Below are positions 39,816 through 52,878 of a stretch of DNA of 64,000 bases, one piece after another. Below the pieces are notes generated by a model. It was not told the DNA's origin, did not search any database, and saw only the letters and a program-made list of their open reading frames with translations. The first letter of the stretch is position 1, and every line of letters begins with the position of its first letter. The stretch comes from Paragordius varius (Eukaryota; Animalia; Nematomorpha): assembly GCA_964247055.1 (NCBI GenBank), contig OZ176051.1:5952001-6016000 (forward strand), written 5' to 3'. A program made the position numbers and the translations under genes.

Positions 39816-42800
39816 TAAAGTGACCAGATTTTTTGAAGAAAAAAGCGGGACAAATTTGAGAAAGGGGGGCATGGGGGTCCAACCAAAAATTTTTATACAA
39901 AAAATTTATTGTAATATTTATTTATTTACACAAATATATTATAAATATATATAAATATTTTATTTTTTGGTATATTTTTTTATTTGAGGGAATGCGTTTT
40001 AGCAGATTGTCATCCTTTTTTAAAATATAAGTCTTAACATTTGTCAAATTATATTTGACAGATAAAATGGCCTTTAAAGTTTCGACATGTAAATTTGATT
40101 TTTCCGATGTACACACCTGATTTAGTGTGGAAAAAACGTGCTCAGTAGCAGCGTTGGTTTTAGGTAAAGATAGTGCCAATTCCACAATTTTTTAAGTATT
40201 GTATACATAGTTTGTTTCAAAATGATGAAATATTTCTAACAATTTCTTTTCTACTGTATTTTTTGAAGTCCATAATTTAAGTTTGTCATTATTTTTATAT
40301 TTTTTAACTCTTCAGAAAAAAAATCATTTTCTGAAAGATTACTTTTTAGGAATTTTTGGGAGATACAGATGTAATCAAATGATTTTTGAACATCGCACCA
40401 ATTAAATTCTGGTTTTAATGTTATCCAATGAAAATGATCTTCATTGAATTGCACCGTCCAGTCTTCCAAATTACAGTTTGTTTAAAATATTTTTATATGG
40501 TACAGGATATATTGGCGATTTATTAAGCTTTGTTTTTCTAAATTAATTATAATATTTCGGATGGTTAATGGTATAAAATTATTTTCTAACCTTTCTTGAC
40601 ATTAGAATTTTAGGTTACCAACTTCATTGGCTACTTTGATTGCCAAAATTTTGTCACCTTCTACCATTTCAATAACTTTTTGAAAGAGAGAAGCTTGATT
40701 ATGTAGGAATAACTATATTTTTGAAGAATCACTTTCAAAAAACTTTTCGAAAGTTTTTGGACATTAGTCCTGTGATAAAAATAAGGATTTTAAAGGATCA
40801 TACATTTTTAAAATTCTTTCTTGCTGGCAGAAGAGCTAACCAACGAGTTATACAATATCCAAGCATTTTTTGATAATAAACTTCTGCATTTTCACAGAAT
40901 TCTCTTAAGCGTTTCAACGCGTACCGTGTATATATAAAAATAGGAATGTTTAACAACTACATTTTCCATATCTAGGGATATCAAATCAGCAGCTGTTTGA
41001 ATAGCGTTGTGTAATATATGTGCACACCCAGCACCAATAATGTTTTGATTAAGATTATCTGCTAATTTACGAAAAATATTTTTTGTTCCCCTCCTACCGA
41101 AGTTCGTATTGGTGTTGTCAGCGCAATATGCGATAATTTTGTTTTATAATTTTTTTTTGTTAGAATATTCATTATTAAAGTAAAAATTATGTCGGAATTT
41201 TCACCGAGAGAAATAGAACTAAAATTTTAATTTTTACTCCGGTTTCTGGATAAAAATATCTTATTAAAGTGGGAAATAATTTTTTCCATGTGTTTTGATG
41301 CAGCAGAGTATAGCGATAAGGAATTAATTTTCATCAAATCTTTTTGTTCAGAAAATGCATGTGGCGAAAGGACATTGCATACTATGACTTCAGCCTTTGT
41401 ACGGGCACATGTAAATTTTTTATTGAATAAGGTACAAATAATCTGTGAGGTACAATCCATAGATCTAAAATGATTGTGATTAACCGCGTGAAAATATAAA
41501 ACGCCTTCGGCTAGTGCCAAATTCTTTTCTCCTCCAAAAGCGGTTTTTCGATAAAAATCGCTCATTTTGTAAGATGATGATGCCACATCTAAACAATTTT
41601 TGTTTCTATGTTTTCATATGCTTTGCAATATCATGCTTGCCGCCATGTGCTAGGGTGAATTCCCCCTCGCATAAAGAACATTTAATAAATGATTCATTCT
41701 TCGTTTTTTTGATAAAAGGAATTTGATTAATTCATTGTTAAATTAATAAACCTTAATTTTCTGGAAATGTATAAGCTACCGATTTTTGGTAGCAATTTGT
41801 CTCTTTGATAAGATTGGCAGGTAATATAACTAAAATATTAGTATAAAAATATATTTTATTACCTTAATTTTCTGAAGTTATATAAGCTACCGATTTGTGG
41901 TATTAATTAGTCTTTTTGATAATGTTGGTAGTAAGAGTAGGAAGCAAGTGTATAACACATGATATAAATTTGAAAAAATAATAAAAAATTGTTGTTGTTG
42001 TTGTTGAGCTTGTAGTCGGTTATCGACCATTAGCGATTTTGTAGGAAAACTTCCTCCATTCGGTTCTGTCGTGAGCTTTTTGAGATAGTTTTTGCAGTGA
42101 CAATTTGGAAAGTGAAAGGATTTCGTCCACCCAGCGAATACGTCTGCGGCCTCTTCCTCTCTTACCATTTACTTTTCCTAACATAATATCCTTTTCCAAA
42201 GAATTGCCCCGAATAATGTGTCCAAAGTAACCGAATTTTTGTTTTATTATTTTACCCCGAAGCGTTGTTTGTGCGTTAATTTTATTTACAATGTCGATAT
42301 TCTTTATTTTGTCCTTCCATGTTATACCAAGTATCTTTCTCCAGCAAAACATTTCAAACGCGTTTATTCTTTATTCGTCTTCACTTTTGATAGTCCAGCT
42401 TTCACACCCGTATAACATGATAGGAAAGATTAATGCATTTACTAGTCGGATTTTTGTTTTAAGGGTTATGTCATGAGATTTCCATAACTTGTAGTGTGAG
42501 GATAGAGCGCATTTGGCGATAGCTATGCGTCTTCTTATTTCTTGGGAACTGGAGCTTAAGTTGTTGATTATGCTTCCAAGGTATGTGTATTCGTTGACTA
42601 CTTGAATTGTTTCGCCATTAATCCGAAGCGAGTCATAGGAATGAGGGGAGTTGATATGTAAAATTTTAGTTTTGTTGAGGTTTAATGTAAGATTGTATTT
42701 TTTGCACACATTTATAAAAGTTCGGAGACTGTTTTCGAGGTTTGTTTGTGAATTTGCTAAGATAACCGTGTCGTCTGCGTAGTGGAGAGTCGTCAGAGTG

Positions 42801-45410
42801 TGACCCCCTACTTTTATTCCTGGCAGATTTAGATCCCTCATGATACATTCCAAATATATGTTGAACAACATGGGGGATAAAATGCAGCCTTGACGCAGAC
42901 CTATGTTCATTGGGCTCCAAGAGGTTGGGCCATGCGGGGTGTTAAGTGATAGGTAGGAGTTGGAGTATATGGATTTAATTAGTTTGATTAAGTGATCGGA
43001 AACTCCTATTTGTTTAAGGGCCTTCCAGAGAATGTCATGTTGAACGGTATCGAAGGCTTTAGAAAAATCCACGAAACATAGGCGTAGCTCATTTTGGAAT
43101 TCACAGTTTTTTTCCATTATCCATCTAATTTTGAGATCATGTCTCGGCATCCTCTTTTTTCTCTAAATACTGCCTGTGTCATTGATATTTCCGGTTTGAC
43201 ATATGGTTGTAGACGGTTTTGTATTATTTTTAGGAAAACCTTTGAGGTTTGATTGATCAATGCTATTGTACGGTAATTTTCACATAGTTTAGGATCGCCC
43301 TTTTTGAATATAGGGACCACTAGTGATTTGTTCCAGTCCGTCGGGAATGTCGCCTCGTTGAAAATTTTTTGAAATAACGAAAGAATTAATTTTATGGGAA
43401 TGTGTCTTTGTAACTCGGTAGGGATATCATTGAATCCTTCTGCTTTGCCGGTTGATGAATGCTTCAGGGCCCATTCAATTTCTTCTTTTAGTATAGGAGG
43501 GTCATAAGTTTGTTCAGAGTTCATGGCAGTTATATTTGATTGTTTTGAGAATAAATTTTGGATGTATTCTTCCCAGAGTTTAATTACTCCTTTTTTATCG
43601 GTTAGAAGTTTTCCGTTTGAATGAGACATAGGACCTTTGTATATTTGTTTTTTGCGCGGTTGAATGTCTTTAATAAAAGAGAAATAGTTGTGATTAAATT
43701 TAGCAGCTTGCTCGAGGTTAGCGCAGATTGTATTATAATGAGATTCTTTGTCAAATCTTATGCTTTTTTGTAGTTCATTATTAATATTTTTGTACTCAAG
43801 GGGAGTGTGCCCTTGGATTTTGCTACTCTTCTCTGTTCAATTAGGTCGATGCTTTGTTGTGATATGGTGAATTTTTTGTTTTTTGTTGTGGCGGGCGGTA
43901 TATATTCTTTAGCTGTTTCGATGGTAATTTTGTGAATAGTAGACCAAAGATTATCTGTGTTCAATGTTTCGTATTTTAGGGATTCAAATTTATTGTTAAG
44001 GATTGGAGTAAAATCGGCAGGTATAAGTTTGTAGTTCAATTTAGTTTTGGAAAAGTTTTTTTGCGGCTGAGGAAGTTGTTTTATTTTGATCTTGGCCATT
44101 AATAGGTTATGATCTGAGTTGCAGTCTGCACTCGAGTAGCACCGGATGTTTTGAAATGAGCTTTTGTATTTTTGCATTCCTAATATGTAATCTATCTGAT
44201 TCCTGTGTTTACGACACGGTGAGGTCCAGGTGTAGAGCCGTCTCTTAGGTTGTTTGAAAAACGTGTTCGCTATAAAGAGATTGTTTTGTTGGCAAGAATC
44301 AATTAGCCTTTCACCACGGGGGTTTTCACTTTACCAAGGCCTTTTCCACCGGTGACCTTGTCTGTTTTATCGTTAGCTATGATAGCGTTAAAATCGCCGA
44401 TGATGAAAGTTATGTCTTTCTTGGATGTTTCACAGAGAGCCATTTGTAATTCATTATAGAACTTTTCACATTCGTCTTCGGGTGAAACACTCGTAGGGGC
44501 ATAGATTTGATATATTGTTATAGCCTGGGGTCTGGTGTTGATTCGTAGGGATATAATACGATCGGAGATAGGTCTATATATATCAGTATGTTTGGCAAGA
44601 TTATTCGATATTAAGAAACCGCATCCATTTCGTTTGAGTTCCCCATCAGAGTTATAAAACGAGTAATTGTCGTATATTTTGTGTGAGTTATGTTGCATAT
44701 GAGTCTCCGACAGCCCTAACACATGGATGTTTAAACGTTTCATTTCGCGAATTATTTTCCAATTTGTTATCTGAAGTCCCACGGGTATTCCAGGTGGCCA
44801 TATTTAATTCTAAATTACGGGAGCTTATTTTAGAATTATGGCTTTCCATGTAGGAATTTAGTTTAGTGGTGGTGTATTGAGATATAGGAATAAATAGAAA
44901 GAATCAGTATGATATGTCCACTGATGTTTAAGAATGGTTTTTATGGAATGAAATTGTCGATGAAAATTTTGGAGTTGTATGTTTTGTAGAAATAATTCAT
45001 GTGAGATTATAATTCTGAGTGATATAATTTCTTCCGGATAATAAAAGTGATAATAAATTGATGAAGATAATGAGATAAATTCTGTTTATCACCGAATGTG
45101 AACAAGATTTCCTATAAAATCAAAACGTACGCGCATCTCGGGAGTGAACATACCAAGTTCTTCTCCGCGCCTGTAGCCGATCATGAAAATGTAGATTTTA
45201 ATTAAATATAAAAAATTGTAATTTAAAATTAATATAGATTTTATAGATAACTAATGATAAAAAATTTAAACGAATAAAAAAAAAATTTTTAATAAAAAAT
45301 TTAAATGTATTAAAAAAAATTATTTTTATATAATCTTGAAAAAGCGGGACATTTCAAAAACGTAGCGGGACACGGGACAAAGTGTGAAAGCGGGACGTCC
45401 GGTCACCTTA
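39816..45410 (-). mobile_element. hAT transposon, second copy of the 11481 family, interrupted by an RTE LINE
   Basis: Same TIRs (TAAAGTGACCAGA / CCGGTCACCTTA); TSD GATATACA / GATACACA; dimerisation motif LALSLPKTNAATEHVFSTLNQV...LHVETLKAILSVK (ORF 39922-40185). Collinear with copy 1 on both sides of the insert. Confidence 0.92.
41993..45207 (-). mobile_element. RTE-clade non-LTR retrotransposon, apparently full length, with a frameshifted APE-RT ORF
   Basis: APE motifs ATWNTRG, LGLSETH, IYAPTS, IIGDFNA, SDHNLL; RT motifs FVDFSKAFDTV, GLRQGCILSPMLFNIY, LHYADD; C-terminal YFGHIIR...GRRRIRWVD; (CAA)n 3' tail; 12-bp TSD ATAAAAAATTGT (41981-41992 and 45208-45219). Confidence 0.93.
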
Positions 45411-45859
45411 GATACACACCATAATTGATATAACAATCATAAATGAAATTTTACTTCTAAGCTTTATTATTTTATATGGTATCTTATTTAACAAGCTGGC
45501 CCTGCCCAGAGGGTAATCAAAAAAGCGCTGGAAGGAAGTTTTATCAATACTGGGTAGTGGAACGCTTATAGAATTTATATGGTTTTGTCGAAAATTAACT
45601 TCAATGTCACACTATTTAGCCATGGTAACGCATTTCGGCTAGTTAAAAAAGAGTGGGCTAAAAGTTTTGCTTTTATTCTTGGAATGACTAAAACTATTTT
45701 TGTTTCTTATTCTGCCATAACTTGAGTAAAATTGATAAATTTATTGTGTCGCATTTGTATAAAATTTAATTTAGAATGGACCTGCACGTTTTGCGGAAAA
45801 TTACTGACACGATTGAGGGCTTTTTTAAAAAAAATCATATCTTCACAAGCATAATAGAG

Positions 45860-47770
45860 CAGATGTACTCAAACCGCGGCCCGCGGGCAGCATGGGGCCC
45901 TAAGAGTGCTTTTTCCCTATGACCATAATTTTAATTATTTTTTTATTGATTAATTTTAAAATGCACATAAACGAATATTTGCTTATTTTAACACTTGGAT
46001 ACAATACATTCATTTTAGTCCATCGATTCAAATTTGGGTAATTGGATACCCCCAGGTCTGTTTAAAATTAAATTCTTTAAAAAATATGGAAGGAATCGTA
46101 AACATGGCAAAATTTTGCACTTATATAACATTAATAAACCGAAATATATAAAAAAATTTATAAAATACTTGATTTTACTTATTTTAAGCTAAAACCGAAA
46201 GGTAAAAATTTCGTCACCGTGACATGTGTGAAATGTTAAAATTAACTAATAATCCGCTTTTTCTATTTCTATCAATGTTTGTAATTTAAATAAAAAATTA
46301 ACTTTAATTTTACCCTTAAAATTAAATAAAGACGATATTTTGCAAAAATTTTGTAAAATTAAAATGGCGTCGAAGTAGTTTGAGAAACTTTTTTTCAAAA
46401 CAAAATTTTATTTAGATATTTTGGCATATTTATAAAATTTTTATTAGGATAGAAGCATGAATTTAAATTGGGACCGTTTCATTCAGTAGTTTTTTAAAAT
46501 TGCTAATTTAAATTTAGTCTGGGGTATTTAGATACCCCAATTTGAATCGAAATGTTAATATTAATTATTTCTCAAGATTTAATTTTGGTAATTTTTATTT
46601 GCCCAATTTAAAAATGTAGAAAAATTTCCCTACATTCAAATGATTTCAAAATTTTGGCGCACGTTGATTCTGTATTCTTTTTCTTCTCTATTTTGAAATT
46701 TTTATTGCATTCCTTTTTTGTATTTAAGCAAGCCTTTCACACTTGCATATACATATTCTTTACATTGCTATCCTGCATCATTTTATATAACTTATTCCCA
46801 TAAAATATTTTTCAAATCAACATCATTAAATTTCAACCTGTTTTTTTATAGCATATTTCAAATTATATTCCTATTTTTTAAAAAAAATTTACACAATATT
46901 TAAACATAAATTCAAAAGATGACATCTAATACTTAAAAACGTAAATTATCCGATGAAAATCGCTCCTTTAAAGATAATGGAAGAAAAATTCTTTGTCCTT
47001 TTAAATAAAAATGTTGTTACCTGCCTTTATGTAAGGACAGCATAGTTATAAAAAAATACAATATTGCAAGACATTTTACAATCCATCACCAGAAAATCAT
47101 GAGGAAAGAAACTAAAATATAAAAATAAGGAATAATACTAGAAAGAAAAATGTATTATGTCCATAGCTTTCTCCCAGATATTTTCCAACACTTAAAACAA
47201 TTCATGAAGAAAATATCGAATTTACCGCGGATATTAGTTTAATAATAGACAATCATAAAATATTTTTATCTAATGAGATGACAGATTTCAAGAATAAAGA
47301 AATATTAAAAATTGCTTTAAAACTCGTTGAAAATTCATGACTTATGGATATATCCATTATTAAGAAACTTAAGCATTTCGGTTTGATCAGGCGCATATCA
47401 TTGAAAAATTCGTAGATTTTTAAATCAACTTACACGTGTGAGACGGCATATTCATAAATGAAGTATGCCAAGAATACATACAGAAACTGCTAAACCGATG
47501 ATCATATGGACGACGTGCCTGTCATGCGGCAAAACCAAATTTGTTAATAATTATTGGTTAATATCAAAATAAATGTTATGATTATAATATTTTAATCTTT
47601 TAAACTAAATGGTACAAAACAAGTTTTTCGCTGGATTTAAATCCGATCCGCAAAAAATCATTGTGCTGATTTAGAGTATAAATATGTGCATATGTATCAA
47701 ATCGCTATGGAATATTTGCGATTATAAGGTTCATGGCCATCGAAAAAAAATATATTTTATTTGACCCGTG
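45860..47770 (+). mobile_element. Internally deleted Buster/SPIN-like hAT element
   Basis: Left end CAGATGTACTCAAACCGCGGCCCGCGGG after TAATAGAG; degenerate zinc finger EEKFFVLLNKNVVTCL..KKYNIARHF (~46977) and C-terminal STYTCETAYS*MKYAKN (~47427). Collinear with 52879-54220; right end not clearly seen. Confidence 0.75.
45992..46554. mobile_element. TTAA-flanked non-autonomous DNA element (piggyBac-like) nested in the hAT derivative
   Basis: Absent from the sister copy at 52879. TTAA at 45988-45991 and 46555-46558; ~35 bp imperfect inverted repeats (CGATTCAAATTTGGGTA...ATACCCCCAG). A fragment of its interior recurs inverted at ~55620-55745. Confidence 0.65.
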
Positions 47771-48018
47771 AGAGATATAAAAAACAAAAAAACAACATTT
47801 TATGAAAAAAATTATCCTAGTAAATGTATAAATTTATATCATTGACTTTAAAATATTATTTTTAAGATAATTTATTCAGAATTAAATATTTTCTGTATTT
47901 ACTAAATTCCCATAAAATATTAATATTTTAAATGTCTCAATTATATTGTACCGTTAAAATATTTTATGTAAAATAGGGGCCATTATTAACCCAGAGCTTA
48001 AAATTTAAGGATGGAAGC

Positions 48019-48180
48019 TAGATGATATAGTAGAAGGGTGCCAGACTCCTACACTGTGTGTGGAGCGCAAGAGTTCAAAAAGTGAAATTGCCCAATTTTT
48101 TCATCATTTCTATCAGCGGCCAGGCGAGTGTTAAAGTTTTTACAATACTGATACAATCTCAGTTATAAAAAGGGAAAGAA
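48019..48180 (+). mobile_element. tRNA-derived SINE, copy B (more decayed)
   Basis: GATATAGTAGAAGGGTGCCAGACTC...GAGTTCAAAAAG...CATCATTTCTATCAGCGGCCAGGCGAGTGTTAAAG aligns with copy A. Confidence 0.55.
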
Positions 48181-48234
48181 ATTCTAAAACTGTATATTTT
48201 ATTTTTGATAAAACTTAACAAAAATACCTAGTTT

Positions 48235-50236
48235 TGTACGTTACAGATATTTTATATTTATGATAGCACTCAAATCCACCCGAAAACTCCTGATTTTGAT
48301 AGAATGTATCAAATATTGGCTGTTATAATTTTAAAAAGTTATTGTAATTAATTTTATTTTTTAACTATACTACATTTTACAGCTAAAGAATCAAAAATAA
48401 AGCGGCTATGGCAGGATGATTTTTTACAATAAATATTTTTTTGCATATACGCCTAAAAAACTAAAAAAATGATTGTTTTAAGCATAATCATAATACTCTT
48501 TAAGTCATTATAAGTAATAAAAAACCCAAAAGGTAATAAAGAATCTAAATTTATCTCAAAAAGCGTATTTTTAGCTATTTTATAATATATTATAAAGGCA
48601 TTTGAATTTTTTAAATTTCATAACATATATTATACAAATTAATGTTTTTTTTTAAATTTAAATTAATGTACGAATTTGAGCTTTTCCGTTGTTTTAATAA
48701 ATAAATAAATATTATTCTTAGATAATTCCTAGGTAAAAAAATTAAAATTACCACTGGAATTCTGGATAAATTTCCTTACAAAAATATGCATTTTTGATTA
48801 ATAAAGGCAGTATTGATTAGTTTTTTTAGTTTATAATATTTCCAAACGATGTATTAGCAGGATCAACAACTATCAAACGATCAAATGCCATTTTTTTCAC
48901 CATTAGAAGTAGCGCAAATAATAAAATGGACTAATTCATAAATATCATAAATTTATAAGAACTGATAGCTCAATATATAGTTATGACCCTAGTAATTAAT
49001 AATCCATGATTTTAGGGGTGCAGTTTTACTTAAAGTGGTGAAAACTTAAACTAAGAGGATACCTTGTGTGCAGATATTTCAGAATTAAGAAGATTAAGGT
49101 TTAATTTTGAGAGACATACTGGACGATATTATGTAAAATTAAATAATTTATTTTGTAATAACATTAGGTAACAAGTTGTGACTTTTTTAAGTGCCAGTTT
49201 TGTAAATTTAGAATTTATTTTTCATTACAGTCCATAAATAATATATTGGAAAAAAAATGGTTTAACACCTAAAAAATTTTAATTAGGGTTTATCGAAAAT
49301 TTTTGGCCCCGATTTAAGACTAAAATCAAAATATTTCAAAATTACGTGTTATACACGTTGGAGGAGGCTGCCTATGTATTGCAATATGCAGAATTTATAT
49401 AATCCTTTATTTTATCAAAAATTTATTTTCTTTCCTTAAATGGGTATAAATATTTGGTAAAGAATGGAAAAAACTCTATGGTATTGACAATATCATATTC
49501 ACCAAAGTATAAGAATTACCATAGAGCTCTTGTTTTTTCCATTCTTCACCAAATTATACCCATATAACGAAAAAAATAAATTTTTGATAAAATAAAGGAT
49601 ACATGACTGTAAACATCACTCCTCTGAATATCAGTCATATGCTCTTTTCTGATAGCCTTTCCTTTTTTTATATATCATAAAAAAAATTTAAACTGCTATC
49701 CATATACATTAATTATAAATGTTTATTTCACTTATAATTAATATTATTTGTGCGATTGATCTTACATTGATGTATTGCTGAGCTAGACGAATATTTCCTT
49801 AAATTTCTCAAATTAAGAGAAAAATGAGTCATTGATTAAATAAGAAAACGTGTATTGTTATTATTTAAAGCTAATAGAAGTAAAGAGGTGTTATACAATT
49901 TACAGGGATATTGTTACAAAATATACTCCAATTATAAATTAGATAACTATCTTAATAGACATAACAAATATATTGTAGCTTTATTATTATATGAAATATT
50001 TTATTTCATTTTTTTATTTTTGTAAAATTACACTGTCTATTACCAATGTTTCTATTGTGGATAATATTGTTCGCCCTTTTTATAATTGAGAATAAATCTT
50101 CCACGGAATCAAAGAATCTTTCAAAAAATATATGTGGTATTGTATAGGCTTTTAAAAATTTAGATCCCAAACAATTTCGCAAGCTAAAGTATTCCTTAAG
50201 ATCACGCGCATGGAGAGAGACGAGGTCGACCAATAG
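48235..50236 (-). CDS. Putative unidentified multi-exon protein-coding gene (partial)
   Basis: Exon 50044-50236 (LLVDLVSLHARDLKEYFSLRNCLGSKFLKAY...) has a clean acceptor and donor and joins in phase to an exon ending at 49661 (GKAIRKEHMTDIQRSDVY). A 23-nt GT-AG intron at 48729-48751 joins EIYPEFQW|NYLRIIFIYLL in phase. No homologue recognised, and some in-register + strand frames are also open. Confidence 0.4.
49402..49600. repeat. Near-perfect foldback (MITE-like) palindrome, ~200 bp
   Basis: ATCCTTTATTTTATCAAAAATTTATTTT...AAAATAAATTTTTGATAAAATAAAGGAT with inner arms GGGTATAA...GAATGGAAAAAACTCTATGGTA mirrored. Confidence 0.85.
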
Positions 50237-50474
50237 CTGTACATTAAAAACAGAATATTATTTTCAGGATAAATACAAAGATGTTAAGGTTAATTTTTAA
50301 AACTTTCTTTTAAGTAGTATACAAAAAAATTTATGCATATATATTGCTATTTTATGTTTCTGTTCCTATTTTGAGTACAAAGCATAGTATTTTTGCCTCA
50401 GGTAACAAATACACAGTAATATGATTTAATATTATAAGATTTCGGGGTGTCTTTAATTATACATCAGAATACTA

Positions 50475-50645
50475 CAGTATGAAATATAATGGCTACTTAT
50501 TTCACACCATAGTTGGGCTTGCACAGAAGTGTATGGAATAAGGAAATAAAAAAATTGTTTATTCAACGTTTTGTTGTTTTTTCCATACACTACTGTGTTG
50601 CAAGTCCATCTATAGTGCGAAATAAGCAACCATTAAATGCACATT
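50475..50645. mobile_element. Tc1/mariner-like MITE, CAGTATGCAT family (right end decayed)
   Basis: Homologous to 16408-16581 and 52437-52611. Confidence 0.7.
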
Positions 50646-52436
50646 TAATGAATAGAGTGTGGAATTATCAAACAACTGGACATTTGTTCGTGAAAATCAT
50701 CCCTATTATCATAATAATTATTACGAAATGTGGACTAAATGCAAAAAAGGTTTAGCTTTTATAAATTGGTTGCATTAGCTTTATGTTATTATTTTTTAAC
50801 TAATTTTCGATTTCTAATATTATAATGTAAAAGTCAATTAACTTTATATTTTCAGTTCATTATTGATTGATTTTTACTTATTCAAAACCAAATTATATTT
50901 ATCATAAAGGTTCGAATGAGTTTACGCTATAAAAAAAAGTAGAATTCATTTTTTATTATTTTAAGAATAGATAGGCGTTAACCCCAATATGTTATAGACT
51001 AAAATATATAATTTAACAATTTTGATTTGAAATAGTAAATAAATTTTTTAACAAAGATAATATCACTTTATATTAGGACAATACAATAAAAATTATTCAT
51101 TTAATCGTTTTTAGAGAATGGAAGCTACGTGATTAAAGGTAATGTACGAGATATATTTTTTAGAGACATCGGCATATAAAGTGAGAAATCTTACCTATCA
51201 AGGAAATATGGTCGAATTTAAAAATGGTAAAAGCATTAATTTAAGTCTGTCGCTCAGCATAAATGAAAGATTGAAGCAAAACGTAATTTTAACATTTTTC
51301 ACAAATCTAAAAACATTTTATGATAACTAACAATTTTTGTGCATTTTTATATTATCCATTATCACTTATGGCATTTATAAAGTTGCATGATTTTTTACAG
51401 TATTATGTCTATCAAAAGTGTAAATTTTATTAATGTTTTTCAAAACAATTTCAAATTTTATTAATAGTGAAATATCGTTTACTCTATATAAAAATATCGT
51501 ACTTGTTGAAAAATTCGGTTTATATAATGTCAACGTGTTATTTAATTTGAGGATTTAGTTTTTTATTAATGGCTAGATAATATAAAACAAAAGGTAATAT
51601 AAAACTCTTTCCCGCATCTGATATTTAATAATAGACTGTTAATGTATATTTTGATACTGTATATATAGATATATATACTTTAGATTTCTAAATATGTAAA
51701 AATTCAAATTCATCCATGGGGACCAAAAGCTGAAAATTACACAGTAATATTTTGTTATTGTTTTATAATAGAGTTGTAAGGATTATTATGATTAACTCAT
51801 TTACTTTTGGGGTAGTTTTGACCAGAGCGATTAATTTGAATATCTTAAAGTATTTAAGTAAGCCGAATCCAAAAATATGCTTTCTTTAGCCTTTTAGCCT
51901 TATACACAACAAAATTTTTAAACAATAAGAATTGTAATAAATCCTTATATTAAACATATTTGCGGTCATTTTTCTCTATATTTTTTTTATTCCCTAATGC
52001 AATATGCAAATTAATTTAGATTATGATTGCAAATGCAAATAATTAATTTAAAGAGCTTTTAGACTACATTTTACCAGCAAGTACTTGACATATTTTGATC
52101 TTTATGAAAGCTGTTCGTTTCAATCGTGTTTTGGAATCGCCCCAATTTTAGCTAAATGTCACAAAATGTTAAAAAGATACCTTTTAATCTAATACATGAG
52201 AACAATGTTTGTTAAATAAATTTTTACTAAAATACTTTCAAAATTATAGTTTATTTACATAATTGAGCTTGGGGATATAAAACTACCCCAATATGTAAAC
52301 TCATGGAAAAAAGTGAAAAAACTGAACTTTTAACGCATATTTTTTCGATCTTAATTTATGAAGGCCCGCTATATTAATAATTATCGCACGACCATAATTT
52401 TTTTCCTTTTTGCATCAATACAGTCAATATATGTTA

Positions 52437-52611
52437 CAGTATGCATTTAAATGGTATATTTCACACTATAAAAGGGCAATTTGCAACACAGTAGTGTATG
52501 GAGAAAACAACAAAATGTTGAATAAATTATTTCCTTTCTTTTTTTCATACACTCTTGTGTTGCAAATTGTCCTAAGAAGTGTGAAATAAGCAACCATTAA
52601 AATGCATACTG
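52437..52611. mobile_element. Tc1/mariner-like MITE, CAGTATGCAT family
   Basis: TA|CAGTATGCATTT ... AAATGCATACTG|TA with long internal inverted repeats. Confidence 0.8.
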
Positions 52612-52878
52612 TAAATTTATATACAATTTTGCATATTAATGTGATTAAATAGATAAGTAATGAAAATCCATTCAAAATTACCCTTAATTATCACAGAAAT
52701 ATGGCTAGTGAATTTATGATCCGAATTCTTTCAATCGAAAATTCCACGCATGTATTGCGAATTTTTGTACGATATAAATAAAACAAACAAAACTTAAATC
52801 ATTAATAAATACTGCAACAAATATTTATGAAGATTTTCTATTGGTTATTTGTGCACAAATATTTTTTTAATTTTAGAG

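Noticed and set aside
41887-42168. ORF with a polyQ stretch
   Set aside because: The polyQ is the (CAA)n tail of the RTE read out of frame across the insertion junction.
45100-45207. Canonical HDV-like ribozyme at the RTE 5' end
   Set aside because: P1 is only about 5 bp, there is no GG for P1.1 and P3 is mismatched. Kept only as a hairpin worth testing.
48246-48430. Plus-strand peptide HPKTPDFDRMYQIL resembling piggyBac transposase, or an alternative + strand gene end
   Set aside because: Too short, flanking motifs absent, and it overlaps an open minus frame; strand unresolved.
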